Source of the DNA: an uncultured Staphylococcaceae bacterium
Lineage (GTDB): Bacteria; Bacillota_I; Bacilli_A; RFN20; CAG-826
DNA length: 64,000 bases
Direction of reading: 5' to 3'
Assembly (NCBI GenBank): GCA_964504595.1
Contig: CAZDEE010000002.1
Coordinates: 49,839-113,838 of the forward strand
The position numbers and the translations under genes were made by a program. A model generated the notes under the pieces. It was not told where the DNA came from. It saw only the letters and a program-made list of their open reading frames with translations, and made no database searches. Every line of letters starts with the position of its first letter. Position 1 is the first letter of the stretch. Shown in pieces: positions 1-8,345 of the stretch.

Positions 1-1
1 G

Positions 2-871
2 TTGTCTGAACAATATAATGTTCCGGTTATCCCAACTAATGTTGAGGGAATGACTGAAGATGATTGTTTAAATATTTTAAAAGAGGCGCTTTATCAATTT
101 CCAGTAACAAGTATCGATGTAGCTATGCCATCTTGGATTGCATCATTAGAAGAAAATCATTATTTAAAAGTTAGTATTAATAGTTCAATTGAATACGCAA
201 TGAAAGAAGCAAGAATTGTTAAAGATGTTGATATTATTTCGACATGTTTAAAAGAAAATGAATATGTAAGTGATGCTTTTGTTAAAGATGTTGATACTGG
301 AACAGGTGTTGTTGTCGTTGAGATTCAAGTTGAAGAAGAATTATATGAACAAGTTTTAACTTCACTTGTGGGCTGTAGTATTACTTCTAAAGCAGAATTA
401 ATCGCAGTTTTAAGTGAATTTGTTAAAGCAAAACGAGAGTATGATAAAATTTCTTTAGCTTTAGAACAAGCATCACAAACTGGTTATGGGTGTAGTCAAG
501 CTTCTTTAGATGATATTAAAATAGAGAAACCTTGTATTTTAAAATCAGGTTCTCGTTATGGAATTAAAGTAAAAGCAACTTCCTCAACATATCATATAAT
601 TCGAGTTGATTTAGAAACTACTTTTGAACCAATACTAGGATCGAAAATGCAAAGTGATTATTTTGTTGATTATCTTTCAAAAGCATATGAAGAAGATCCG
701 TTATCAGTTCTTGAATGCGAAATGTTTGGCCAAAAATTTAAGGATATTATCAAGTCGGGAATCAATTCAAAATTAGTGGCTATGCCAGAACCAATTAAAG
801 TTAAAATGCAACAATTATTAAAGACAATTACTAATAAGGGTAAGAACAATTTAGTAGCTTTTGTATTTTAA
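2..871 (+). CDS. spoIVA: Stage IV sporulation protein A, C-terminal 289 aa (5' end lies outside the window)
   Basis: ORF is open to the window edge. The translation aligns along its length with B. subtilis SpoIVA as I remember it (PSW, QTGYG, GSR(Y/F)G, DPLS, hydrophobic C-terminus). An HU gene follows, as in Bacillus. Confidence 0.85.
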   Translation: MSEQYNVPVIPTNVEGMTEDDCLNILKEALYQFPVTSIDVAMPSWIASLEENHYLKVSINSSIEYAMKEARIVKDVDIISTCLKENEYVSDAFVKDVDTGTGVVVVEIQVEEELYEQVLTSLVGCSITSKAELIAVLSEFVKAKREYDKISLALEQASQTGYGCSQASLDDIKIEKPCILKSGSRYGIKVKATSSTYHIIRVDLETTFEPILGSKMQSDYFVDYLSKAYEEDPLSVLECEMFGQKFKDIIKSGINSKLVAMPEPIKVKMQQLLKTITNKGKNNLVAFVF

Positions 872-986
872 TAATCACAAATTAAGTAAAAAAATAAGGT
901 AATAATAATTATTAATGCTTTTTCTTTTTGTTGCGCACATAATAAAAGTATGATATTTTAAATGTACCAAAAGGAGAAAATTAATT

Positions 987-1259
987 ATGAATAAGGTTGA
1001 TTTAGTTGAGATTATTGCAGCAGAAGCAAAGTTGACAAAAAAAGACGCCGCGAATGCATTAGATGCGATGGTTGAGGCTTTAACAAATGCATTAGCTTCA
1101 GGAGAAGAAGTTAAATTAGCTGGTTTTGGTGGCTTTGCTGTTAAAGAAAGAGCGGAACGTAAAGGTGTAAATCCTGCGACTGGTGAAGAAATCACTATTC
1201 CCGCAACAAAAGCAGTTTCTTTTAAACCTTCTAAGAGTTTAAAAGACCGTATTAATTAA
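987..1259 (+). CDS. hup: DNA-binding protein HU
   Basis: 90 aa. MNK..L...IA motif and GFG.F..RERAAR.GRNP.TGE-like arm (GFGGFAVKERAERKGVNPATGEEI). Strong RBS AAAGGAGA. Confidence 0.92.
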   Translation: MNKVDLVEIIAAEAKLTKKDAANALDAMVEALTNALASGEEVKLAGFGGFAVKERAERKGVNPATGEEITIPATKAVSFKPSKSLKDRIN

Positions 1260-1265
1260 TTTGAA

Positions 1266-1288
1266 AAGAGGTTAACCCCTCTTTTTTT
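1266..1288 (+). terminator. Intrinsic terminator after hup
   Basis: AAGAGG-ttaacc-CCTCTT stem followed by a T-run. Confidence 0.75.
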
Positions 1289-1356
1289 AAATACTTTGCT
1301 GTTTTAATAGTTGTAACTAATATGAAAATGTAATTATGATTTTAGATGGAGGAATA

Positions 1357-2010
1357 ATGAAAGTTATATTACAAGGATATTTAGGTAAAACTGGAAGTAT
1401 TATTTATAAAGTATTAAAAGACAAGGAAATTGAGGTAATTCCTCTTGATATTGACGATAATATTGCAGATTATTATAACGAAAATAATCTTGATGCGATA
1501 ATTGATTTTTCTTCTTGTGAAGGAACTAAGAAAGTTCTTGATTTTGCTTTAAAAAAGAAGGTAAGTGTAATAATTGGGACAACTTCTTTAACAAATATTG
1601 ATTTAGATTTTTATCATAAAGAGGCATTGAAGATTAATATTGGAATAGTTGTGTTAGATAACTATTTGCCATCTATGCCTCATATTGCGCGATTTTTAAC
1701 ATCTTTAGATAAAGAATTTAATAATATACAGATTGAAGAGACACATCATCAAAGTAAAAAAGATTCTCCAAGTGGAACAGCAAAAATGATTAGAAAATGC
1801 TTTGATAGGCAAAAAAAGATTCCTATTTTATCTAATAGAGTTAAAATATATACATATGAACATGTTGTTAAATTGGTAAATGAATATGAAGAAATAACAA
1901 TTGTTCATCGATGTATAAATAAAAAAGGCTATGCTTTAGGAGTTTATAAAGTATTAATGCAACTTAATAAATATAAAGGTGTTATGAAAGAGATTACGGA
2001 GTTGAAATAA
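1357..2010 (+). CDS. dapB: 4-hydroxy-tetrahydrodipicolinate reductase-like protein (short form)
   Basis: E-x-HH-x-x-K-x-D-(A/S)-PSGTA motif present (ETHHQSKKDSPSGTAKMI). N-terminal Rossmann-like G-x-x-G-K-x-G. GGAGG RBS sits before the ATG at 1357. dapB-cca order matches Bacillus. Confidence 0.7.
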   Translation: MKVILQGYLGKTGSIIYKVLKDKEIEVIPLDIDDNIADYYNENNLDAIIDFSSCEGTKKVLDFALKKKVSVIIGTTSLTNIDLDFYHKEALKINIGIVVLDNYLPSMPHIARFLTSLDKEFNNIQIEETHHQSKKDSPSGTAKMIRKCFDRQKKIPILSNRVKIYTYEHVVKLVNEYEEITIVHRCINKKGYALGVYKVLMQLNKYKGVMKEITELK

Positions 2011-2690
2011 TGGAATTAGAAGTATTTAAAAAATTAGATGAATATTTTAAAAAGAATAATTTATCTGTATATATGATAGGAGGAACTTCTAGAGATTATC
2101 TTTTACATAGAGAATTAACTGATTTAGATTTTTCCACAAATGCAAAACCGGAAGAATTAAAAGAGTTATTTAAGAATGAAAAAATGCCGTTTATTAACTT
2201 AGGTTCAATAACGGTTAAATTTGAAGGAGTAAAAGTTGATATTACTTGCTTTAGAAAAGAAAGTGATTACATAGATTATCGTCATCCACAGAAAATAGTT
2301 TTTGGATCATCTTTAAAAGAAGATTCAGTAAGAAGAGACTTTACAATTAATGCGATTTATATTGATGTAAACGGAATCTGTTATGATTTTCATAATGGAA
2401 TTGAAGACTTAAATAATAAAATTATTAGAGTTATTGGAGACCCGGATATTCGTTTTAATGAAGATCCTTTAAGAATTGTTAGGGCAATAAGATTTGCGAT
2501 TTTGTTAGATTTTAACATTGAAGAATCAACCGCAAATTCGATGAAAAAACATGTCAATTTACTTCATAAATTAACTAAAGAAAAGGTAGCTCTAGAATTA
2601 AAAAAAGCAAAAAAGATTGATGAAAAGAAATATTTTGATTTATTAAAAGAGTATCAAATAAATGAAAATGATTTTATTTCTATATTATAA
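2010..2690 (+). CDS. Class II tRNA nucleotidyltransferase / poly(A) polymerase head-neck domain protein (truncated CCA-adding enzyme homolog, 226 aa)
   Basis: Motifs GGTSRD, DLD, RRDFTINA and EDPLRIVRAIRF are present. The protein ends after about 226 aa, so the body/tail domains are missing. TAATG overlap with dapB. Confidence 0.7.
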   Translation: MELEVFKKLDEYFKKNNLSVYMIGGTSRDYLLHRELTDLDFSTNAKPEELKELFKNEKMPFINLGSITVKFEGVKVDITCFRKESDYIDYRHPQKIVFGSSLKEDSVRRDFTINAIYIDVNGICYDFHNGIEDLNNKIIRVIGDPDIRFNEDPLRIVRAIRFAILLDFNIEESTANSMKKHVNLLHKLTKEKVALELKKAKKIDEKKYFDLLKEYQINENDFISIL

Positions 2691-2732
2691 AATAAAAATG
2701 TGATAGTATTGTAAAGAAAGAAGGTTGATAAT

Positions 2733-3392
2733 ATGGATAGAACAAATTATGCTGGAATTGATATGGATTATTTATTGCTTGAATATTATAAAAGATTAAA
2801 TATTACTGAGACTGAATTAGTGGTTTTAATAATGATTGAACATCTTTTAAAACAAGGCAATAAATTTATCACACAAGAGCTTTTAGCGTTAAAGATGACT
2901 TTATCAATTCAAGATATAGATCGTGTTTTTACCAATTTGTTATCAAAGAAGCTTGTTGAATTTGAAACTGTAAATGAAGAAATGACGACAACACTTAGAC
3001 CTTTAAAAGAAAGATTATTTAGAGAATTTGAGATTAATTTCTTGAAGCAACGCGATGAATCTTTAGAAAAAGATTTTGATAATCAAGTTCAAAATATTTA
3101 TATGGTATTTGAAAAAGAGTTAAAAAGAACTCTTTCACCGGCGGAATTTCAAAAAATTAGAGAATGGATTAGCTTAGGATATAGTGAAGAAGTTATCATA
3201 GATGCGCTTAATGAAGCATTGGCAAATAATAAACGTTCAATTAGATCAATAGATAAAATTCTTCTTAAAAGAACAACACGTTCTGATATGAAAAAAGAGG
3301 GTTATACTACAGTTAGTGAATCATGGAATAAAGATATTGAGCAAACAATCGCAATTGCAAATGAAAAATGGGTAGATGATGATGAAAACTGA
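2733..3392 (+). CDS. dnaD: Replication initiation/membrane attachment protein DnaD
   Basis: N-terminal winged-helix-like region plus a C-terminal DnaB_2/DnaD repeat (LSPAEFQKIREW...EVIIDALNEALANNKRSIRSIDKIL). dnaD-nth order as in Bacillus. Confidence 0.75.
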   Translation: MDRTNYAGIDMDYLLLEYYKRLNITETELVVLIMIEHLLKQGNKFITQELLALKMTLSIQDIDRVFTNLLSKKLVEFETVNEEMTTTLRPLKERLFREFEINFLKQRDESLEKDFDNQVQNIYMVFEKELKRTLSPAEFQKIREWISLGYSEEVIIDALNEALANNKRSIRSIDKILLKRTTRSDMKKEGYTTVSESWNKDIEQTIAIANEKWVDDDEN

Positions 3393-4017
3393 AAATAAAA
3401 CTCGCATTTTATCTTATTTTGATTATTTATTTCCTGATGCGGGTTGTGAGTTAATCTACCATAAAGATTATGAATTGTTAATTGCGGTAATGTTAAGCGC
3501 TCAAACAACGGACGCAAGTGTTAATAAAGTTACCGCGATTTTGTTTTCTTTATATCCGACTTTAGAAGATCTTGCTTTAGCAACGATAGAAGATTTAGAA
3601 CGATGCATCAAAAGTATTGGAATGTATCGTCAAAAAGCTAAACATATTCATAATATTGCTAAAAGCTTAATTGAAAAATATAATGGCAAAGTACCATTTT
3701 TAAAAGAAGAATTAACATCTTTAAGTGGAGTGGGAAATAAAACCGCGAATGTTGTTCGTGCGGAATTATTTAATATTCCTGAAATTGCGGTGGACACTCA
3801 TGTTTCTCGCATATCTAAAAGATTATATTTTGCTTCGTTAAATGATAGTGTTGAAGATGTTGAAAGAAAATTGAAAAAAGAAATACCAATAGAAAGATAT
3901 ATTAAAACACATCATCAAATGATACATTTTGGAAGATATTTTTGTAGAGCGATTAATCCTTGTTGTAAAGAGTGTCAGTTAACATCTATATGTCGACATT
4001 ATAAAACAAAGAAATAA
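3376..4017 (+). CDS. nth: Endonuclease III
   Basis: HhH-GPD motif (LSGVGNKTANVV..., VDTHV). C-terminal C-x6-C-x2-C-x5-C 4Fe-4S cluster (CRAINPCCKECQLTSIC). Three tandem ATGs at 3376-3384, so the exact start is uncertain. Confidence 0.9.
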   Translation: MMMKTENKTRILSYFDYLFPDAGCELIYHKDYELLIAVMLSAQTTDASVNKVTAILFSLYPTLEDLALATIEDLERCIKSIGMYRQKAKHIHNIAKSLIEKYNGKVPFLKEELTSLSGVGNKTANVVRAELFNIPEIAVDTHVSRISKRLYFASLNDSVEDVERKLKKEIPIERYIKTHHQMIHFGRYFCRAINPCCKECQLTSICRHYKTKK

Positions 4018-6314
4018 GGTGTTCCTGTAAGGTTATAGTTGTTTTCAAAGCAAGGTGTAATTATAATTTCTGTCATCATATCGTTAAAAGGTATGGTGAT
4101 TTTATTTTGTTTTGTAAATATACTTTTTTCTTCATTATTTATTTTATATTTTATTAAGAATCCATAATTGCCATAAACTTTTTGATAATTAAAAATATCT
4201 TCTTCTTTTACATTGGTTTCAATGATGATTTCGATTTCATTATCAAAAATAAATCCTTTAGTTCCTATAATTGAAGGATATATTGGAGAAGGTATAGTTT
4301 TATTTGGAATTTCATTTTTATAAAAGTATCCAGTTGTTATGTAAGATGAAGGAATAAATTCATTTGGAAGATAGTAACCATCCACTCCTTTTACAACATT
4401 AACTTTTGTTAAGGAAGAAGGAACTTTTAATTCTTTTTTATTGCTAGCAATCATCGACATTACATTTTGAAATATTTTTTTAGCTATTTGCCTTCGCTCA
4501 TCGCTTTTTCCAAAATAATGTTTTTCACCTTTAATAGCAATATCAAAGCCAGTCCAAACTGCCATAGTATAGTCGCTTGAAAAGCCACAAAGCCAGGAAT
4601 CTTTATCAGCGTAGGTAGGATATCCTAGTGCTTTAGCGGCATTTTCATCATAACCATTTGTTCCTGTTTTTGCGCCTATATCGACATTATTAACAGATAC
4701 AGAACCGATACGATAGTAGTTATTTTTCACCACATCGATAAGAGTTGAAGCAATTTGAAAAGCACTTTCTTTTGAAACGATTTGTTCATAGTTTAATTCG
4801 CGTTTATAAATAACTTCTCCTGTTTCTTTATTAATAATCGATGAAATTGTTGAAGGGGTGATATATTTTCCTTCTCGATTTAAAAGAGAATATGCTCCAG
4901 CAAGATTTGTGGGAGATACTCCATAAGTCATTCCGCCAATACCATAAGATAATGTGAAAGGACCTTTATCCATCATACCTATTTTTTCAAGATGTTTGAT
5001 TACTTCATCTTGACCTATTTTATTAATTACTTTCTCTAATGTATACAGCGCACAGGTATTTTTAGAATATCCTAGTGCTTCTAATACTGGAATAAATCCG
5101 GAGTAATTTTTATCAGCATTTTGAACAGTTGAAGATGATCCTTTATAAGTATAAGGAGCATCTAAAACATTTGTGGCTTCATTATAGTGAAGATATTCGG
5201 CAGCAAGTAAATATGAAAGAATCGGTTTTATTGTTGAAGCAGGTTGCCTTTTTAAGGAATAAGCACGATTAAAAATTCTTGATCCATTATAATTTCTTCC
5301 TCCGATAACTCCTACAATTGCGGCGTCTTCATTTCTAATAACACTCGCTCCAATTTGTTGATCTTCATCTTTAAAAGTAATTACTTCTCCTTTTTGAATA
5401 TTATCTAGATGTGTTTGAAGTGAAGAATCTAAGTAGGTATGAATTTCTAGTGGAACTAAATATGGATTAATATCAGTTAATTCTTCGATTTGAAGATAGA
5501 CAATATCTAAATAGCTTTGGAATCTATAAGTTGGTTCAATGTAATTAGCCCCTTGTTTTATAACAATGTCTTCAATTTTTGTTTTTATTGCCGCATTATA
5601 TTCCAATTCATTAATAAATCCATATTGAAACATTTTATTTAAAACAATATTTTTTCTTTCATTTATTCTAGAAGGATATTTAAAAGGATTATAATAACTT
5701 GCGGAGTTTACGACGCCTGCAAGAATCGCGGCCTCAGGAAGGGTTATTAATGAAATATCTTTTCCAAAGTATCTTTTAGAAGCATATTTTATGCCTGGAA
5801 TTGATTGCTCAAAATAAATTGAATTAAAGTATAATGTTAAAATTTCTTCTTTAGAAAGTATTTTTTCAATTTTTAATGCTAAATAAGCTTCTTGAATTTT
5901 TCTTTTATATGTTTGCTCGCTGTTTAATAAAGTATTTTTAATTAACTGTTGAGTAATCGTTGATCCTCCTTGTTTATTGGAAGATTTAAAATTATGAATG
6001 AAGGCTTTAAAAGTTCTTCCATAATCAACTCCATTATGAGAAAAGAAATTAATGTCTTCAATACTTATTAAAGCATTTATTAATACTTGCGGTATTTCTT
6101 CATAAGTAATATTTTCATTTTTTGTTTCGCCAAAAACTTCAATTTCATTTTCACTTTCATCGTAAATAGTTGTCTTTAATTTATTACTTTGAGGTTCAAA
6201 ATGAATTGAAGGTAGTTCTTTTAACGAAGAGTAAATAAAAATGCTGGTAAAACCAGCACATATTATAATTAATAAAGTTAATGAAACAACAATAGTTTTA
6301 ATTATTTTCTTCAT
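3999..6314 (-). CDS. ponA: Class A penicillin-binding protein (glycosyltransferase GT51 + transpeptidase) with C-terminal extension
   Basis: N-terminal TM segment. GT51 motifs (EDINFFSH.G.D, GGSTITQQL, RKI.E). Transpeptidase motifs (SxxK as STIK, KTGT). Start chosen at the ATG at 6314, preceded by GAGGT. recU-ponA order as in Bacillus. Confidence 0.88.
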   Translation of the reverse strand: MKKIIKTIVVSLTLLIIICAGFTSIFIYSSLKELPSIHFEPQSNKLKTTIYDESENEIEVFGETKNENITYEEIPQVLINALISIEDINFFSHNGVDYGRTFKAFIHNFKSSNKQGGSTITQQLIKNTLLNSEQTYKRKIQEAYLALKIEKILSKEEILTLYFNSIYFEQSIPGIKYASKRYFGKDISLITLPEAAILAGVVNSASYYNPFKYPSRINERKNIVLNKMFQYGFINELEYNAAIKTKIEDIVIKQGANYIEPTYRFQSYLDIVYLQIEELTDINPYLVPLEIHTYLDSSLQTHLDNIQKGEVITFKDEDQQIGASVIRNEDAAIVGVIGGRNYNGSRIFNRAYSLKRQPASTIKPILSYLLAAEYLHYNEATNVLDAPYTYKGSSSTVQNADKNYSGFIPVLEALGYSKNTCALYTLEKVINKIGQDEVIKHLEKIGMMDKGPFTLSYGIGGMTYGVSPTNLAGAYSLLNREGKYITPSTISSIINKETGEVIYKRELNYEQIVSKESAFQIASTLIDVVKNNYYRIGSVSVNNVDIGAKTGTNGYDENAAKALGYPTYADKDSWLCGFSSDYTMAVWTGFDIAIKGEKHYFGKSDERRQIAKKIFQNVMSMIASNKKELKVPSSLTKVNVVKGVDGYYLPNEFIPSSYITTGYFYKNEIPNKTIPSPIYPSIIGTKGFIFDNEIEIIIETNVKEEDIFNYQKVYGNYGFLIKYKINNEEKSIFTKQNKITIPFNDMMTEIIITPCFENNYNLTGTPYFFVL

Positions 6315-6897
6315 GGAAATATACCTCATCAACTACATCTAAATATAATAAACGAGGAAGGTAGCCTTGCTTTACTAAATGTCCATAAGTTTTAATATCT
6401 TTAAATGGAATTGATTTTCGTTCATTTTTCTTAAAAGTATCAATTACATACTGGGCATCGATAAGATAAACTTCGTCAAAATGGACTAAAGATATTAAAA
6501 AGAACGCAATTCCTCCATGTTCGATAACTCCTTCTAAATGTTTTATTTGATGCGAAGTTATATTTGATAGGGGAAATGAAGTTTTGCTATGGCAACTTTT
6601 TGCTTCAAAATCAATGTAACGTCCTTTGTATATTCCGTTATAATCGGTTGTTGATTGACTTTCAAAATAAGCATCAGTAATTCTTGCTCCATGAGAATAA
6701 TCAACTTTAACTATATTTATAGGTGTAGGACGTTTGGTAATCAAGGCACGATGATTTTCGCTATAGAAAGTGTTGCTAGAGTTAATTTCATTTTCAAAAT
6801 CCATACCTCTATTTGCAGCGTTATTAACAGTTCTTTTTTTCGTTGTTGATATTGATTCTTCTTGCACGAACGTCTTTCCATTTGGATAGCGAATCAT
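6298..6897 (-). CDS. recU: Holliday junction resolvase RecU
   Basis: N-terminus MIRYPNGK and core TDYNGIYKGRYIDFEAK match B. subtilis RecU nearly verbatim. Confidence 0.92.
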   Translation of the reverse strand: MIRYPNGKTFVQEESISTTKKRTVNNAANRGMDFENEINSSNTFYSENHRALITKRPTPINIVKVDYSHGARITDAYFESQSTTDYNGIYKGRYIDFEAKSCHSKTSFPLSNITSHQIKHLEGVIEHGGIAFFLISLVHFDEVYLIDAQYVIDTFKKNERKSIPFKDIKTYGHLVKQGYLPRLLYLDVVDEVYFHEENN

Positions 6898-6933
6898 AGC
6901 GGTGTCTCCTTCCTACATATAGTATGTGATTAA

Positions 6934-7659
6934 TTAGTCGATGTATTCACGAATAGCTTGAGCGAATTCTTCTGGGGTAACGGTGTTTCCTTTGAGAAGT
7001 TGATTAACGATATATTTAATTGGTTCAGGAACGGTTTTAAGATTCGAAAGTACTTTTTTATATTCTTGAAGGACAACTTCTTTTTGATCGATAAATGCTT
7101 TATATAATAAAAGTAAATGGTAAGCATCAGTTAAAGGATTATGTGGATCACCCGCAAGTTCAACATTAAAAACTTTTAAATTGTTAATTAATGATAGAGG
7201 ATTTCCATGTTCATCGGTGATATATCTTGATACAACTGCCGATAAATCGATGCAATTTTTAGCGATATAATGGCAAAAACTTTCATCGGCATCAGGTGAG
7301 TTTTCTAAAGATTTCATAATAATTCGAATATCATGAGTTCCAAAAGTGCAAAAACATACTTTAGAAAGAAAGTATCCACAATATTTACGAAGCTTTATCA
7401 TTGCATCTTTGTAAGATAGACCTTTTTTATCTAGGTCTTCTTGATGAATGTTAGTTAAATTTTCAACATAATGTCCAATTTTGTTTTTAGCCTTAACATA
7501 AAATTTAATACCACGATGTATTTTTTTTATATGATAAGTGCTATCTAAATCAGCTCGATAAGCTCCTAATGCAATCATTTCATGTGAAAATTGTGTGCCT
7601 TCTAAATCAAGAAAAATTATAGTTCTTCTTTTTCCAATTATTTTAAATAAATTTTTCAT
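6934..7659 (-). CDS. DEDD-family 3'-5' exonuclease domain protein
   Basis: Exo I-like FLDLEGT, later H-x4-D-like region (DPHNPLTDA). Length and pattern resemble KapD/ERI-type exonucleases. Confidence 0.6.
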   Translation of the reverse strand: MKNLFKIIGKRRTIIFLDLEGTQFSHEMIALGAYRADLDSTYHIKKIHRGIKFYVKAKNKIGHYVENLTNIHQEDLDKKGLSYKDAMIKLRKYCGYFLSKVCFCTFGTHDIRIIMKSLENSPDADESFCHYIAKNCIDLSAVVSRYITDEHGNPLSLINNLKVFNVELAGDPHNPLTDAYHLLLLYKAFIDQKEVVLQEYKKVLSNLKTVPEPIKYIVNQLLKGNTVTPEEFAQAIREYID

Positions 7660-7837
7660 ACTGCCCTTTCTAAAATATTACTATATAAATTAGTTTTTTA
7701 ATAAGTCTAAAGCATTTAAAATGTTTTTGCTTACTAATTTATTATATCATGTCTTACTAATATTTTGTCCTAAAATCACCAAGAGTTATATTTAGCATAT
7801 ATATAAATGTACTCCTAAAGGAGTAGGAGGTGAATTT

Positions 7838-8317
7838 ATGAACAGAATGAATAGTAGAAATCGTTGTTGTTGTCCAAGGATTGTAACTGATGTTACTCCT
7901 GTTTGTGGAGTAGAAGTTGTTCTTGATTCAGATGTATATTGTACAAGGGTATGTAATACAATTACTTTTACTGCGACAGTAATTAATAATACAAATATGA
8001 CACTTAATTGTGTATCTTTAGATTTAAATGTCAATCCGTCATTATGTATTAATCCTGAAACTATCACATTAAATGGAACTGCGGTTGAAAACGCCTGTCC
8101 AAATCGTGTTGATATTGGTAATTTAGAAGCTGGAGCAAGTGCGGTTGTAACATTCCAAGCAACCGTTATGGAATGTAAAAGATATATAAAATCAAAAGTA
8201 TTTGCTACCTATGTAGTTTGTTGCTGCTTAGAAAGAAAATGCGTTACAACACCAAGTAATATAGATTGTATTCAAGTATGTTGCTGCTGTTGTCAACCAG
8301 GGACAAATAGAAGTTAA
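7838..8317 (+). CDS. Cysteine-rich protein with central DUF11-like (conserved repeat) beta domain; probable spore surface protein
   Basis: Strong RBS GGAGTAGGAGG. I count 20 Cys in 159 aa, clustered at both ends (RCCCP, VVCCCL, VCCCCCQ). The central ITFTATVINNTNMTL...VDIGNLEAGASAVVTFQATV fits the DUF11/TIGR01451 pattern. Confidence 0.6.
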   Translation: MNRMNSRNRCCCPRIVTDVTPVCGVEVVLDSDVYCTRVCNTITFTATVINNTNMTLNCVSLDLNVNPSLCINPETITLNGTAVENACPNRVDIGNLEAGASAVVTFQATVMECKRYIKSKVFATYVVCCCLERKCVTTPSNIDCIQVCCCCCQPGTNRS

Positions 8318-8322
8318 TGAAA

Positions 8323-8345
8323 GGACAGGGTGACCTGTTCTTTTA
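8323..8345 (+). terminator. Terminator between convergent genes
   Basis: GGACAGG-gtga-CCTGTTC followed by TTTT. Confidence 0.65.

Noticed and set aside
875-1195. 106-aa ORF antisense to the HU gene. Similar antisense or shadow ORFs occur at 3302-3517, 6655-6849, 6930-7127, 7792-8067, 8444-8662, 11748-11933, 15183-15450, 18576-18770, 21151-21354, 25853-26041, 30007-30213, 43131-43370, 44958-45179, 50512-50694, 54726-54959 and 63357-63542.
   Set aside because: They are nested in or opposite well-supported genes. They have no RBS and low-complexity or implausible composition.
3999-4017. Convergent gene overlaps with no intervening terminator: nth/ponA at 3999-4017, coaD/ylbJ at 51953-51982, and the EIIB-like/Tyr-rich pair at 46290-46306.
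   Set aside because: These are real in the sequence, but short 3'-3' overlaps are common in compact AT-rich genomes. I do not see them as evidence of a special mechanism.
7778-7805. SigK promoter call for the Cys-rich gene, listed as a feature.
   Set aside because: The -10 reads CATATATATA, which fits CATAnnnTA only with an extra base. I kept it as a remark in the finding rather than as a feature.
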